Source: Folioceros fuciformis
Lineage: Eukaryota
DNA: 64,000 nt
NCBI GenBank assembly: GCA_049999805.1
Contig: JBNGIO010006289.1
Span: 601,141 to 665,140 of the forward strand
Reading direction: 5' to 3'
In this document: in pieces, positions 54,241 through 64,000 of the stretch
How the letters are laid out: each line of letters starts with the position of its first letter
Position numbering within the stretch: the first letter of the stretch is position 1
Translations under genes and position numbers: made by a program
Notes under the pieces: model-generated
What the model saw: only the letters and a program-made list of their open reading frames with translations
Told to the model about the DNA's origin: nothing
Database searches by the model: none

Positions 54241-54536
54241 CCTGAGCACGTTCAGTTCGAAGACAAAAACTGGATGAAGACAGTTTGTATGTAAGAACGG
54301 AAATCGATAGCTATCCGCACAAAAAAATTTTGGAGTGATAACAAGAAAGCGAGCCTGCCACACAAGGATGGCGGCAGCAGCAGCAACAACAACAACAACA
54401 ACCACTTGTCTGCCAAGGGCCATGCTGCTTGCAATCACGGCTCTACGATTCATCCTACTTACTTGGTGTCAGTTAGTATGCATGACAAGGGTGAGCTCGA
54501 GGAATAGAATTCTGCTCACGATATGACCGTGCGTCT

Positions 54537-55598
54537 TCACCCTTGAGGCTTGGCGAGCTGGAGCCTTTGCCGGAAGTCTTCAGCCATGAGGGGAAGGCCC
54601 TCCCTGAGAGTGATCTTGGGCTCCCAGCCCAGGATGGAGGAAGCCTTGGTTATGTCCGGTTTCCGCTGGCGGGGATCGTCCGGGGTGTTGTCCACGATCT
54701 TCCAGCTGGCCGAGGGTTCGATGATGTCCTTCACGGCCTCCGCCAGCTCCAGCATAGTGAATTCCCCGGGGTTGCCGATGTTGATCGGGCCGGTGACCTC
54801 CGCCTCCATGAGCTTCACCAGGCCCTCCACCATGTCCGACACGTAACAGAAGCTCCTGGTCTGCGTGCCCGGGGCCTGCACCGTGAGAGTCTCTCCCCGC
54901 AGAGCCTGCGCGATGAAATTGCTCACCACCCGGCCGTCGTCGATGTTCATCCGGGGCCCGTATGTGTTGAAGATGCGCGCGATCCGGATCTCGATGCCGT
55001 GCTGCCGGTGGTAGTCGAACATGAGCGTCTCCGCCACGCGCTTGCCCTCGTCGTAGCAGCTGCGAACCCCGATGGGATTCACGTTACCCCAGTACTCCTC
55101 CTTCTGCGGGTGCTCCAGCGGATCCCCGTACACCTCGGAGGTGGAGGTGAGCAGGATCCGAGCCCCCACCCGCTTCGCCAGCCCCAACATGTTCAGCGTC
55201 CCCATCACATTGGTCTTGATGGTCTTCACTGGGTTGTGCTTGTAGAAGATGGGAGACGCCGGGCACGCCAGGTGGTAGATCTGGTCCACCTCCACCAGCA
55301 GCGGCTCCGTCACGTCGTGCCGGATGAGCTCAAAATTGGGATGCCCGATCCATTTTCGCAGATTGTCCTTGCTCCCCGTGAAGAAGTTGTCCGCCACAAT
55401 CACCTCGTTCCTCCCATCCTCCATCAGCCGGTCAACCAGATGCGAGCCGATGAAACCCGCCCCTCCCGTCACCAAGATCCTCATCTTGGAGGCGGTGAAT
55501 TTGGACAGCCTCAGTGGCGAGATCGGCGGCGGTGCCTTCTGCCCATTCTGCTGCGCTTGCGCTTGCGTCTGCGTCTGCTGTTGCTGCGTCTCCACCAT
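54537..55598 (-). CDS. UXS: UDP-glucuronic acid decarboxylase (UDP-xylose synthase), soluble type, intronless
   Basis: [47 protein letters not shown] (YxxxK), [10 protein letters not shown] and [10 protein letters not shown]; no transmembrane segment. Confidence 0.97.
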   Translation of the reverse strand: MVETQQQQTQTQAQAQQNGQKAPPPISPLRLSKFTASKMRILVTGGAGFIGSHLVDRLMEDGRNEVIVADNFFTGSKDNLRKWIGHPNFELIRHDVTEPLLVEVDQIYHLACPASPIFYKHNPVKTIKTNVMGTLNMLGLAKRVGARILLTSTSEVYGDPLEHPQKEEYWGNVNPIGVRSCYDEGKRVAETLMFDYHRQHGIEIRIARIFNTYGPRMNIDDGRVVSNFIAQALRGETLTVQAPGTQTRSFCYVSDMVEGLVKLMEAEVTGPINIGNPGEFTMLELAEAVKDIIEPSASWKIVDNTPDDPRQRKPDITKASSILGWEPKITLREGLPLMAEDFRQRLQLAKPQG

Positions 55599-55617
55599 CT
55601 TCACTCACCCCTTCCAC

Positions 55618-55670
55618 GCCTCCAAGGCTTAAGGTGTCTGCCTCCAAGGCTTAAGGCGTCTGCCTCCAGG
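55618..55670. repeat. 22-bp tandem duplication just upstream of the UXS ATG
   Basis: GCCTCCAAGGCTTAAGGYGTCT x2 plus a partial third copy. Confidence 0.85.
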
Positions 55671-56005
55671 CACGGACGGTGCTGAAACTTGGCGGCAGGC
55701 GGGGCTGGCAAGACAAACGTGTCTCCGCACTCTCCCCTGCCTTCCTCTCCTTGCCTACCTTGCCTTGCCTTCAGACAGCTTCTTCACGGCCCAACGTTAC
55801 CATGCTCTCCTAAGCGTCTTTTCGTCCTCCCGCTCTCCTGTGATCCCTCCGTTCGTCGCGTTCCGTCTAAGTCCCGGGTTAATAGCATTACAGCACCTGG
55901 CAGACAAAAACTCGAAACTAGCTGGCGCGGCCGTATCGTTCCCTCCTCACGACCGGGTCCTTCCCCCGAGGTCCCACGAGAAGAAGCACAGCTCCAACGG
56001 AAGCC

Positions 56006-57130
56006 ATGGCCGCGGGCGTGCCGATGCTCTCATCTCCCACGCCGCATGTCTGGCGTCCCTGCAACATCCTTGCCCAGCCGCCGCGCCGATTCGGTTGGTA
56101 CTTCCCTCTCCTCCTCCGCTCGCTCCTGGATTCCCTCGACGCGCGGCCCCTTCTCACGCTGCACCTGTGCTCACCAGTGTGTGCAAGCAGCAGCTGGAGA
56201 AGGAAAGCGCAAAGGCTGTGGACGAGGTGCCGCAGGCTTCGTCCGGCGTGAGCCGAAGGATCGTGTTGCAAGCCGCTGCTGCAGCACTTGCCTGCCCCTG
56301 CCCTGACCACGGCGTGGCCAGGGCAGCAGGAGAGCCTGCTATCACGCTGAAGGTCTTCTTCGATGTGGCCATCGACGGCCAGCCGGCGGGCCGCATCGTT
56401 GTGGGACTGTACGGGGAGGACGTGCCCGTCGGGGCGCGGAGGTTCGGAGAGATTGCCGTCGGGCAGCGGGGCATCAGCTATAGGAGGAAAGAATTTTACA
56501 AGCTCACTCCTTCCTACATCCAGAACGCGGGGATCCGGAGCTTCAGCCTGAGCGGCGGAGTTGCGGATGCCGCGCGCTTCACAGGCGGACAGACGTCGGA
56601 CGCGCTGGTAGCCGAGATGGAGCAGCTGGACAAGGCCGGGAAGCGGCTTCCCAACACAAAGGGATCCGTGTCCATCGTGGCTGTGGATGCATCCAAGCCT
56701 CCGCCCAAGCCCCGGCTTGTAGCCCGGGATGGCAAGCTGGTGGTGGTGGAGGAACAGTCCCGCCCGGACCCTAACGGAACGGAGTTCATGATCGTCACCA
56801 ACGATGCCCCGGAGCTCGACTCCACCAACCTCGTGGTAGGGAGAGTAGTGCAGGGCATGGATGTGGTGCAGAAGCTGGCATCCGTGAAAGTCGTCCAGGA
56901 GAACACCAGTAGCCCTTACTTCCAGTACGTACAGTCCTTCCTACCTTTCCTTCCAGAGCTCCCTCTTTCCCTCCCTGAAGATGCAGTTCCATATTTCATC
57001 GCCTTCTGCTGCAATCTTTGGATGCAGGGCAGCCAAGCTGATTGGAGACACTCGAGTGATCGTGGCAGAAAGGGGTTTCAACAGGCCCTACTCCAAAATC
57101 AGCATAACAAAGTGTGGCCAGGTAGATTAA
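56006..57130 (+). CDS. CYP26-2: Chloroplast lumen cyclophilin, CYP26-2-like, 3 exons
   Basis: Exons ~56006-56097, 56178-56924, 57028-57130. Twin-arginine signal SRRIVLQAAAA, KVFFDVAIDGQPAGRIVVGLYG, ISYRRKEF, PNGTEF, VVGRVVQGMDVV, ENTSSPYF and AERGFNRPYSKI. Confidence 0.85.
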
Positions 57131-57719
57131 GCAAACTGCCAGTCACTCGCGTGACATGTGAAATGGAAACACTGGAAAGGACCCGAACCGAAGTGTATTT
57201 GTCTTCGTTCAATCCCTTACGTAAGAAAACCAAGCAAGTCGCCCGACGAGACGTTGGGATGAGGAACTCGGCTGTACCGTTTCCGGCATTGTTTCGCCGC
57301 AGTGTACAGAAATGGTTTGTAGGTCCGGTATTCAAATAGATACGGTGTAAAACGCGCGAACGGAATGCGCAACGGAGAGTTTCCTTTCTTCAGCAAGACG
57401 TTTCCGTCCCTGGCCCGACTTCCCCGTAATCGGACACCGACTTGTTTTCCATGGTGTTGCATTGCCCAGAAGTCGGTGGTGCTCAATGCTGTGGAGCTCT
57501 CCCAGCGCACATATCTCAGCGTCATAACACCAACTTCATCCCGTCCCGCGTTTGATGCTATTCTTGTCTCGCCATGGATTGTGACCACCCCTTGCGGACT
57601 CGGTTGACGATTCATGCTGCAATGCTATCTACCGAATTGGCCATCCTCTGCAAGGGAAGGAGAGCAGCCTGCTGATTTGTCGGAGGAGTCTCCGTTTCAG
57701 GAGAGTTTGACAGGTTGAG

Positions 57720-60700
57720 ATGGGGGCAGCGAAACCTCTCTCATTCGCAGATGTCTGTGAGGCTTTGGAGGTAATAAGCTCTAAGTCCGGGAAGAGTAAG
57801 AAGAAGAGAATTTTGAAGCTTCTACTTGCCGCTGCCCGGGCAACGGGCGACTTGTATGAAGTCGTGCGCCTGCTTGTGCCCCAGGTGCTACATCAAATTC
57901 AGCTGAATTTGGGACTCGCTACTTCCTCCAGTCACATTCTTGTGTACATTGTGAAGCGGTCGGAGTAAATTCGACAGTGTGTAGTGTTCTGATGCTAGCG
58001 AATTCTGCAGAGGGATTTTGACAGACGGGACTACGGTCTGCAAGAGACGACGCTAGGTGTGTGCCTCATGCAAGCGCTTATGCTTGCACATGACTCAGAG
58101 GATGGACTTCTGTTGAGCAAATGGAGGCTGAGTGAATGCTCTTCCTCGTCTGTGGGAGACCTGTCTCTAATAGCTTTTGAGGTATAGTGGGTTCTGGACC
58201 TTCATTTCAGAGGCTCTGGGCTTTTCCGCAAAAGCTGCAGAGTGCTGAGGCCAACTAGGCTGCACAATGCTGAATTCCGTGGTGGTCCCTTGTACGTAGG
58301 TCCTTGCCAAACGACTGCAATTTCCGCTCTCCCAATTGTCTGTGAGGGGTGTGAACTCCATATTGGATCAGGTTGCTGACTCAAGCAAAAGGTTGGTCCT
58401 TCGTCGTTTGCATCCCAGACACTGTGGGATTCCCCTATAGAGATTCTAAGAACAGTTACTGCTGGTTGAACAGAGAGGGAAAAGTGCAGGCGCTTCAGGA
58501 GTTGTTGAGGAATACCAAGGCTAGGGAAATGAAATGGATTGTCCGGATCATTTTAAAAGGTGTGACCTCTGCAGCTTTTCAGTCTTTCGAATGGATTTTG
58601 GGACTGACTTGTCTATCGACGTTCCATGTCAGTACTCAATGGGACTGTAACAGACCTCTGCTGACTGACGGTGTGCCATGTCAGAAATGAGGATGGGACT
58701 GGCAGAAGACTCTGTGCTCGAGGAGCTACATCCAGACGCACGAGAGATGATGGCTTTCTGTGTTGATCTGAAGCATGTGTGCTTGCAACTGCACGATCCC
58801 TGTGTTCGAGTTCGCAGGCAGGTGTTTGTCTCTTTTCAATCTTACCGTGGAACTTTGAAAGCCCTCCGCTTATTTTTCCATACCTTTCAGGCAGGAGATA
58901 GTGGTTGGGAGGCCTGTCAAATCGCAGAATTCAAAGAGGATGGACTCAATCATCACATCGTGGAACTATGTAAGTAATCAAACATGGTAAGTCTGCAGAT
59001 TTGCCCAATGACGTCCTCGGGTTTGGTTGCCGTTGCGTACTCCGAAGTGCTAAAGCATGTAAGCTGACAGATCCTTTCTCGCACATTGCAGATGGCATGC
59101 AACCGGGTTGTAGCTGAATGCAAATTTGATGGTGATCGCATCCAATTGCACAAAGATGGTTCTCTTATCTGGTTCTGGTCAAGGTACGTTGACAGGTTTC
59201 TCTGGTGATGTGCCCTCGTTATGGCGTATGCATCAAAATTTCGTGGACCAGTTGCTCGTTTGTTCAGGAACGGACTGGAACACAGGGAGTACAACAATGT
59301 GTTTGGGGACATTCTCATTCGAAATATATCATCAGACAGGTAGCACACAGTATTTGGGTGGGATAATCTGCTGATACGCAGAATGTCCACCTACTTGTTT
59401 CCGTAATTTCACCTCTGACTCTCGTAACCAACCACTGCCAGATGTGTACTAGACGGGGAATTGGTAGTCAGGGGGCGAGCTTCAGGGCATTTCAAGCCAC
59501 GCACGAAACATCAGAACCGAGATGCAGGTATCTCCTTGTGTTCCTCTCTGCACTGCGAGCTTGCATACTGTGCTGGGAGTCAGAATTCCCAGTGACATTG
59601 TACAGTCAATAAACCATTCTATATTTGCAGCTAGGGCAGAACGCAAGGGATGGACAACTGATGATCAGGTTGGTGTTGATTTATTCCCATATTTGAATTT
59701 AGGTGGACAAACTTGGAGGTTTCTCGTCGCTAGATTGTATGACTGAGGAGATACGGACGTATGTCGTCCTCTCTGTTGTGTGCAGATCTGCTGTATCCTG
59801 TTCACATGGCTAGAAAATGTCTCAGCCTGGGGCTAGTATGATGATTGGTCAGATGGAGGTCTACTCATGCTTGTGCCCTGGGTCTTCCCTTAATGGTAAG
59901 GACAGTTGTCGCATTTGACATTCTGTACGAAGAGAATTGTGGGAGTGTCATGCACCTGCCGTTACACCAGCGCCAAGCATTACTGAGACGAGTGGTGATA
60001 TCTTCACCTCCACAGTTCATCTGCACAGCTCAGAGTAAGTCAACTTCACCCTTAGTTCTTCTGCAGCCTGGAGGGCTTCAGTGAATGAAGTAAGAGAACA
60101 CTTGAGTCACACTATAAATTTCCTCTTTTCTTTAAAGGTGGAGTGACACGCCTGGATGGGCGTGGGCGACGTTGGTCAGTGCGACCCTCTTCCCAGCAGG
60201 ACCTTCTGGAGTTTTATGAGGAAACCCTTCAGCATGGGTAAAACTAGCTTCTGTCACAGGACTGCAGAGATACTGGGACTGCAGAGATGCAGCACCTTTC
60301 CTGTTTTGTGGGTGGACTTGTACAAATTTTGGCAATAATTCCTTCATTCCCGTCAATCAGGGATGAAGGAATTATTGTCAAAGACCTTGATTCTGCATGG
60401 GCTCCCAACAACAGGGATGGTCGCTGGATTAAGATCAAGCCCGACTACTCTCAACTCAGCAATGATCTTGATCTGCTTATCATTGGTAAAGTGTCTGAGG
60501 AAGACGTCAGAAAAGGCTGGGATTTTCACAAGCAGAAACGTTCCCGATGGAAAGCGCTGTTCTTAACTGCCTGTGCTTTGTTTTCAGGAGGATACTATGG
60601 CATTGGTCAAAATGGTGGGCAGGTTGGCATCGGCATTTTGCATTCATCTCTCCCTACAAAGTCGGTCTTACTTTCACAAATGTTGGTGTCGTGGTTGTAG

Positions 60701-63638
60701 GGTCTTAGAATGCTGGTTAGAAGCAAACATCCTTCTGCTGCATTCGACTGGTTTTTTTCCTCTCCAATGGTTTTTACTTTCTCCAATGATCGACCCATTG
60801 TTTGTGGCAGATAACTTCCTATTTGTTGGCTCTTGCTGATAAACCAGCAACTGATGGGCGTCCATCAAGGCATGTACACTTTCACATCTTCCTCTTCAAC
60901 ACGTCTGTTTGAGCAGGAACTACTATTTAACTTGACCTTCATTCATCTGACTTGGTTTGTAATTCTGAGTATGGAATTCGGGTGATGGTTTACCTGCACT
61001 CATCTTGTTCTCTACATGTTTTCCTTTGGACAGATTCGTTTCCTTCTGTAGATGTGGCAAAGGCCTTACAGACGACGATCGTAGACTTCTTCACAGCAGA
61101 TTAGCACCGTATTATGTGTGAGATATTTGACTTGTGGCCGAATACATACATACAATTAGCACTTTTTTTGGGAGATGTGACATGAGCTTAACCTTTCTGC
61201 AGGAGAAACAAGAAGGGTGGAAACCCGCCTGTAGGCTCTGGCTATCATGTTACGAACAATCGATATGAGTGCCCAGATGTTTGGATTTCCAGACCAGACG
61301 TGTAAGTTTGCCCCTCGTGATCCTTCTTAGCTTTCAAACTCTTTATTCCACTCTACCTAATCTGCTAACCACTGGACGATCTCAGGTCCATAGTGCTTCA
61401 AGTTTGTGGTGAACAGAGGCTCTATTTCACAAAGGTGAGGCGATCAAATGTGCACAAGTTGTTCTACGAATCTTGCGGAAATTGCATGACATGTTCTGGC
61501 TTGCAGACATTTGCATCTGAGTGGACGTGCCGATTTCCAAGAGTGGAGCGTATTCGTTTCGACAAGAGTTGGTTTGAGACTTTCAGTGTGCAAGGTTTGT
61601 GTCCACGATCCACCCAGTTTCTGTGCATCTACATGTGCACTCTGAACATGTCTCCAACTTTGAACATGTTTCAAATTTCTTTCATTCCAAATCACATTTT
61701 TAATTTTAAAGTTGATGGGTCTCCTTGCATAGAAATGAAGGAGCTCATGAACTCTTCAGCAAGTATCGTACGTTCGGGCAAGTATAACCCCTTCACTGAG
61801 GGGTGTTCAGAGATTGATTCACGAGCTGCCCGCAGGAAACGAGCTAAAATCCTTCCAGAGATGCAACTAAGTAGTCTTACGGGCGTAACACAGACATCCG
61901 CGGAGTTTGAAGGCTTGACATTCTGTATCCATCTTATCAGCTGCCTGGGTCACTTTGACACAAACTGGGCTTGCATTGCTTGAGTTTAAAAAAGCTTACT
62001 ATGCCACTTTGTATTTGGCAGCGACAAGACATGCAGGTCTTGTGGTTATGATGGTCACATGTGACTGGATGTGGCCTTGACCCTTCTTCGTTCAGACATC
62101 TGCAACATGGCGAAAGACTTTGGAAAGGAAGACGTTTGTACTCAAATCAAACAACATGGTGGCACAGTGGTCATGAACTTAGTACCCTCTGTAACACATG
62201 TGATTGCGGAGCGGAGTAGAGGTCCGTAACGGCAGCCTAACAGCTAGGATCACAAATGTACTTAGCAATTGATGCCGGAAATTGATCTTAACCGGGTGAT
62301 GCAGGAATCCGATACGCAGCTGCAGCACAGAGTGGCATGGACGTTGTCTGCTTTTCATGGCTCAAAAAGTGCATTGAATGCAAAGAGCTGCTTCCTATCA
62401 CTCCGAGGTGGGTCCTCTTGTGCAACTGCTGACGCACTGCGTAAGGCTGGCGGGACAAGCTCTCATCTACTACGCGAAATTGTTTGCAGGCAGTATCTGC
62501 ACATGTCTACGTCGACAAAGCATAAGCTTCAGGAAGTAGTCGATGACTTCGGAGATGCATATTTTGAGCCGACAACCATTATCGAATTGCGCCAGGTAAG
62601 GGCTTGTGGGGAGGGATAGCATGTCTTATCTGGGGATTATGACTTGGAAGTTTCCTCGTGAAGGACACCAGGATCTCTGAATGTTTTTGGCATGCGCAGG
62701 TCGTTGACCGCATTTCGTGTCCGGACGATCAGCAATTCCTAGGCCGAGAAGCTGTCATTGACCTCGANNNNNNNNNNNNNNNNNNNNNNNNNNNNNNNNN
62801 NNNNNNNNNNNNNNNNNNNNNNNNNNNNNNNNNNNNNNNNNNNNNNNNNNNNNNNNNNNNNNNNNNNACGCCATGTATTTAACCTGAATTCTGCTGTAAG
62901 TTGGTCTATCTAGGCAGGAGGAGATCCTCAAAAGCTTTATCAATTGGTGGCTGTTTCTCGGTGCAGGGATCCTCAAGCTCACGTAGTAGCAAGATTATCT
63001 CTTAAAAGAATCTGTATAGCTGCAGCGATGTGGGGAGCAACTATTTCTCATCAACCGCACTCTGGAGTAACCCATGTCGTCTGCTACTTACCACGCGATG
63101 AGGAAGTCTCGTCCGGCTTTAGGGGGAGGTCGGTAACTGCAGCCGCTGCACTCTTTTCCCACTACGAACTTATGGCAATGCAAATTTGTCTGCAGAACGC
63201 TTACGCTCGGAATCTGCAAACTGTCTGAGGTGGTCTTCCCTACAGCTTGGTTCAGGAATTGTCACTGGAGGAAAGGACGAACGTGGTCAATCATCTATGG
63301 CTGGAGGCGTGTATAGTTGAGCAACAACTCCTGTCGCTTGATGAGTACGCTGTGAGGTACAACGATGCACCAAGTACCGTCTTTGACTAGTTCTTGAGCG
63401 TTGGGGTTAAACTCCTTGATGTGGACTGTGGAGTGAAATCAGAGATTACTCTGAAACTGTTGGGACCAAGCTGGTTGAGGGAAGCACTGTTACACATGTC
63501 CAACCAGACGTCCTGGGGCATTGTAAATTGGATGCGACCTGTTCGAGAACCAGGGATCCCAAAGATGTCCTGAAAAAGAGCGTGGCCCGTTCTGCGAGGC
63601 CGGATACGAAGCGTAAGCTGCGTTCGGTTGTACAATGA
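57720..63638 (+). CDS. LIG4: DNA ligase IV-like protein (DNA-binding, adenylation, OB and BRCT domains), many exons, spans an assembly gap
   Basis: VRLLVP..DRRDYGLQE, EMKWIVRIILK, LHPDA, adenylation motif ECKFDGDRIQLHK, VLDGEL, FVAFDILY, EGIIVKDL..WIKIKPDY, LDLLIIGGYYG, RFPRVERIRFDK; BRCT-like HGGTVVMNL..THVI and THVVCY..VVNHLWLEAC. The 3' end (63638) is inferred from splice signals. Confidence 0.88.
62768..62867. other. Assembly gap (100 N)
   Basis: Run of 100 N within the LIG4 gene. Confidence 1.
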
Positions 63639-64000
63639 CAAGGTCCTGTCACAGCAGAGCTCCGAGGTGGGACCTCACAGTTCCATGCAACTTGGGAGGT
63701 CACTGTGACCAATAGAAGATTGAAGATCTAATGTGTACCGAAAAGTTGTAAACCGTCGTGATTCATTCCTCCGGAAATTGAGAAGTTTCTGGCCGTGGCC
63801 AGATTTCTCTGCCTAAACATCCCATGGCGTCAACGCAGCGATGCAGACACAAGTGGCAAGGAAGGCTACATCTGCACGGAACCAAATTCAATTGATCGAG
63901 CAGTGCATCAGCCGAGGCGGCATGACATCGCTGTTTTGATAGGTTGAAGAGACCATGCCGTTTGATACTCTTCCACCAAACCCGATGTAAGACATTTTTG

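Noticed and set aside
54543-55685. 380-aa plus-strand ORF overlapping UXS
   Set aside because: Antisense open frame expected from the high GC3 codon usage of UXS; no recognisable motifs.
55765-57339. 524-aa single-exon cyclophilin ORF
   Set aside because: It starts at a non-ATG codon and reads through introns; the spliced 56006-57130 model restores the conserved CYP26-2 C-terminus.

Overview
Gene-dense eukaryotic (land-plant) nuclear DNA with short (~80-200 nt) spliceosomal introns, roughly 50% GC and very short intergenic spacers. This style suggests a compact bryophyte genome such as a hornwort (inference only). The ORF track is fragmented by introns, so gene models were rebuilt by hand from splice signals and protein motifs; family assignments are from recalled sequences, not database searches. 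About 20 genes are supported: eIF3j, PsbP-domain protein (PPD4-like), bHLH IVc (ILR3-like), two mitochondrial-type PDH E1-alpha paralogs, ARP4, TTI1, an unrecognised intronless ORF, SNF5/BSH, two intact 2OG-Fe(II) dioxygenases, NECAP, RlmN-like methyltransferase, a stand-alone beta-lactamase-family gene, DEAD-box helicase (RH58-like), ABC1 kinase-beta-lactamase fusion, a membrane-anchored protein of unknown function, an intronless UDP-xylose synthase, CYP26-2-like cyclophilin and DNA ligase IV; there is also a decayed dioxygenase copy. Most notable observations: (1) SNF5/BSH carries a ~725-aa Gln/Glu/Pro tandem-repeat N-terminal domain spliced in frame to the core, reminiscent of yeast Snf5. 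(2) An inverted partial duplication of the ABC1K-beta-lactamase gene appears to have released the beta-lactamase domain as an intact separate gene, with decayed kinase exons left upstream. (3) The two PDH E1-alpha genes share only 1 of 7 intron positions, and one intron pair is offset by 1 nt. (4) A divergent LIG4 has two U12-type introns and a 7-nt micro-exon. No rRNA, tRNA, CRISPR array or intact mobile element was recognised.
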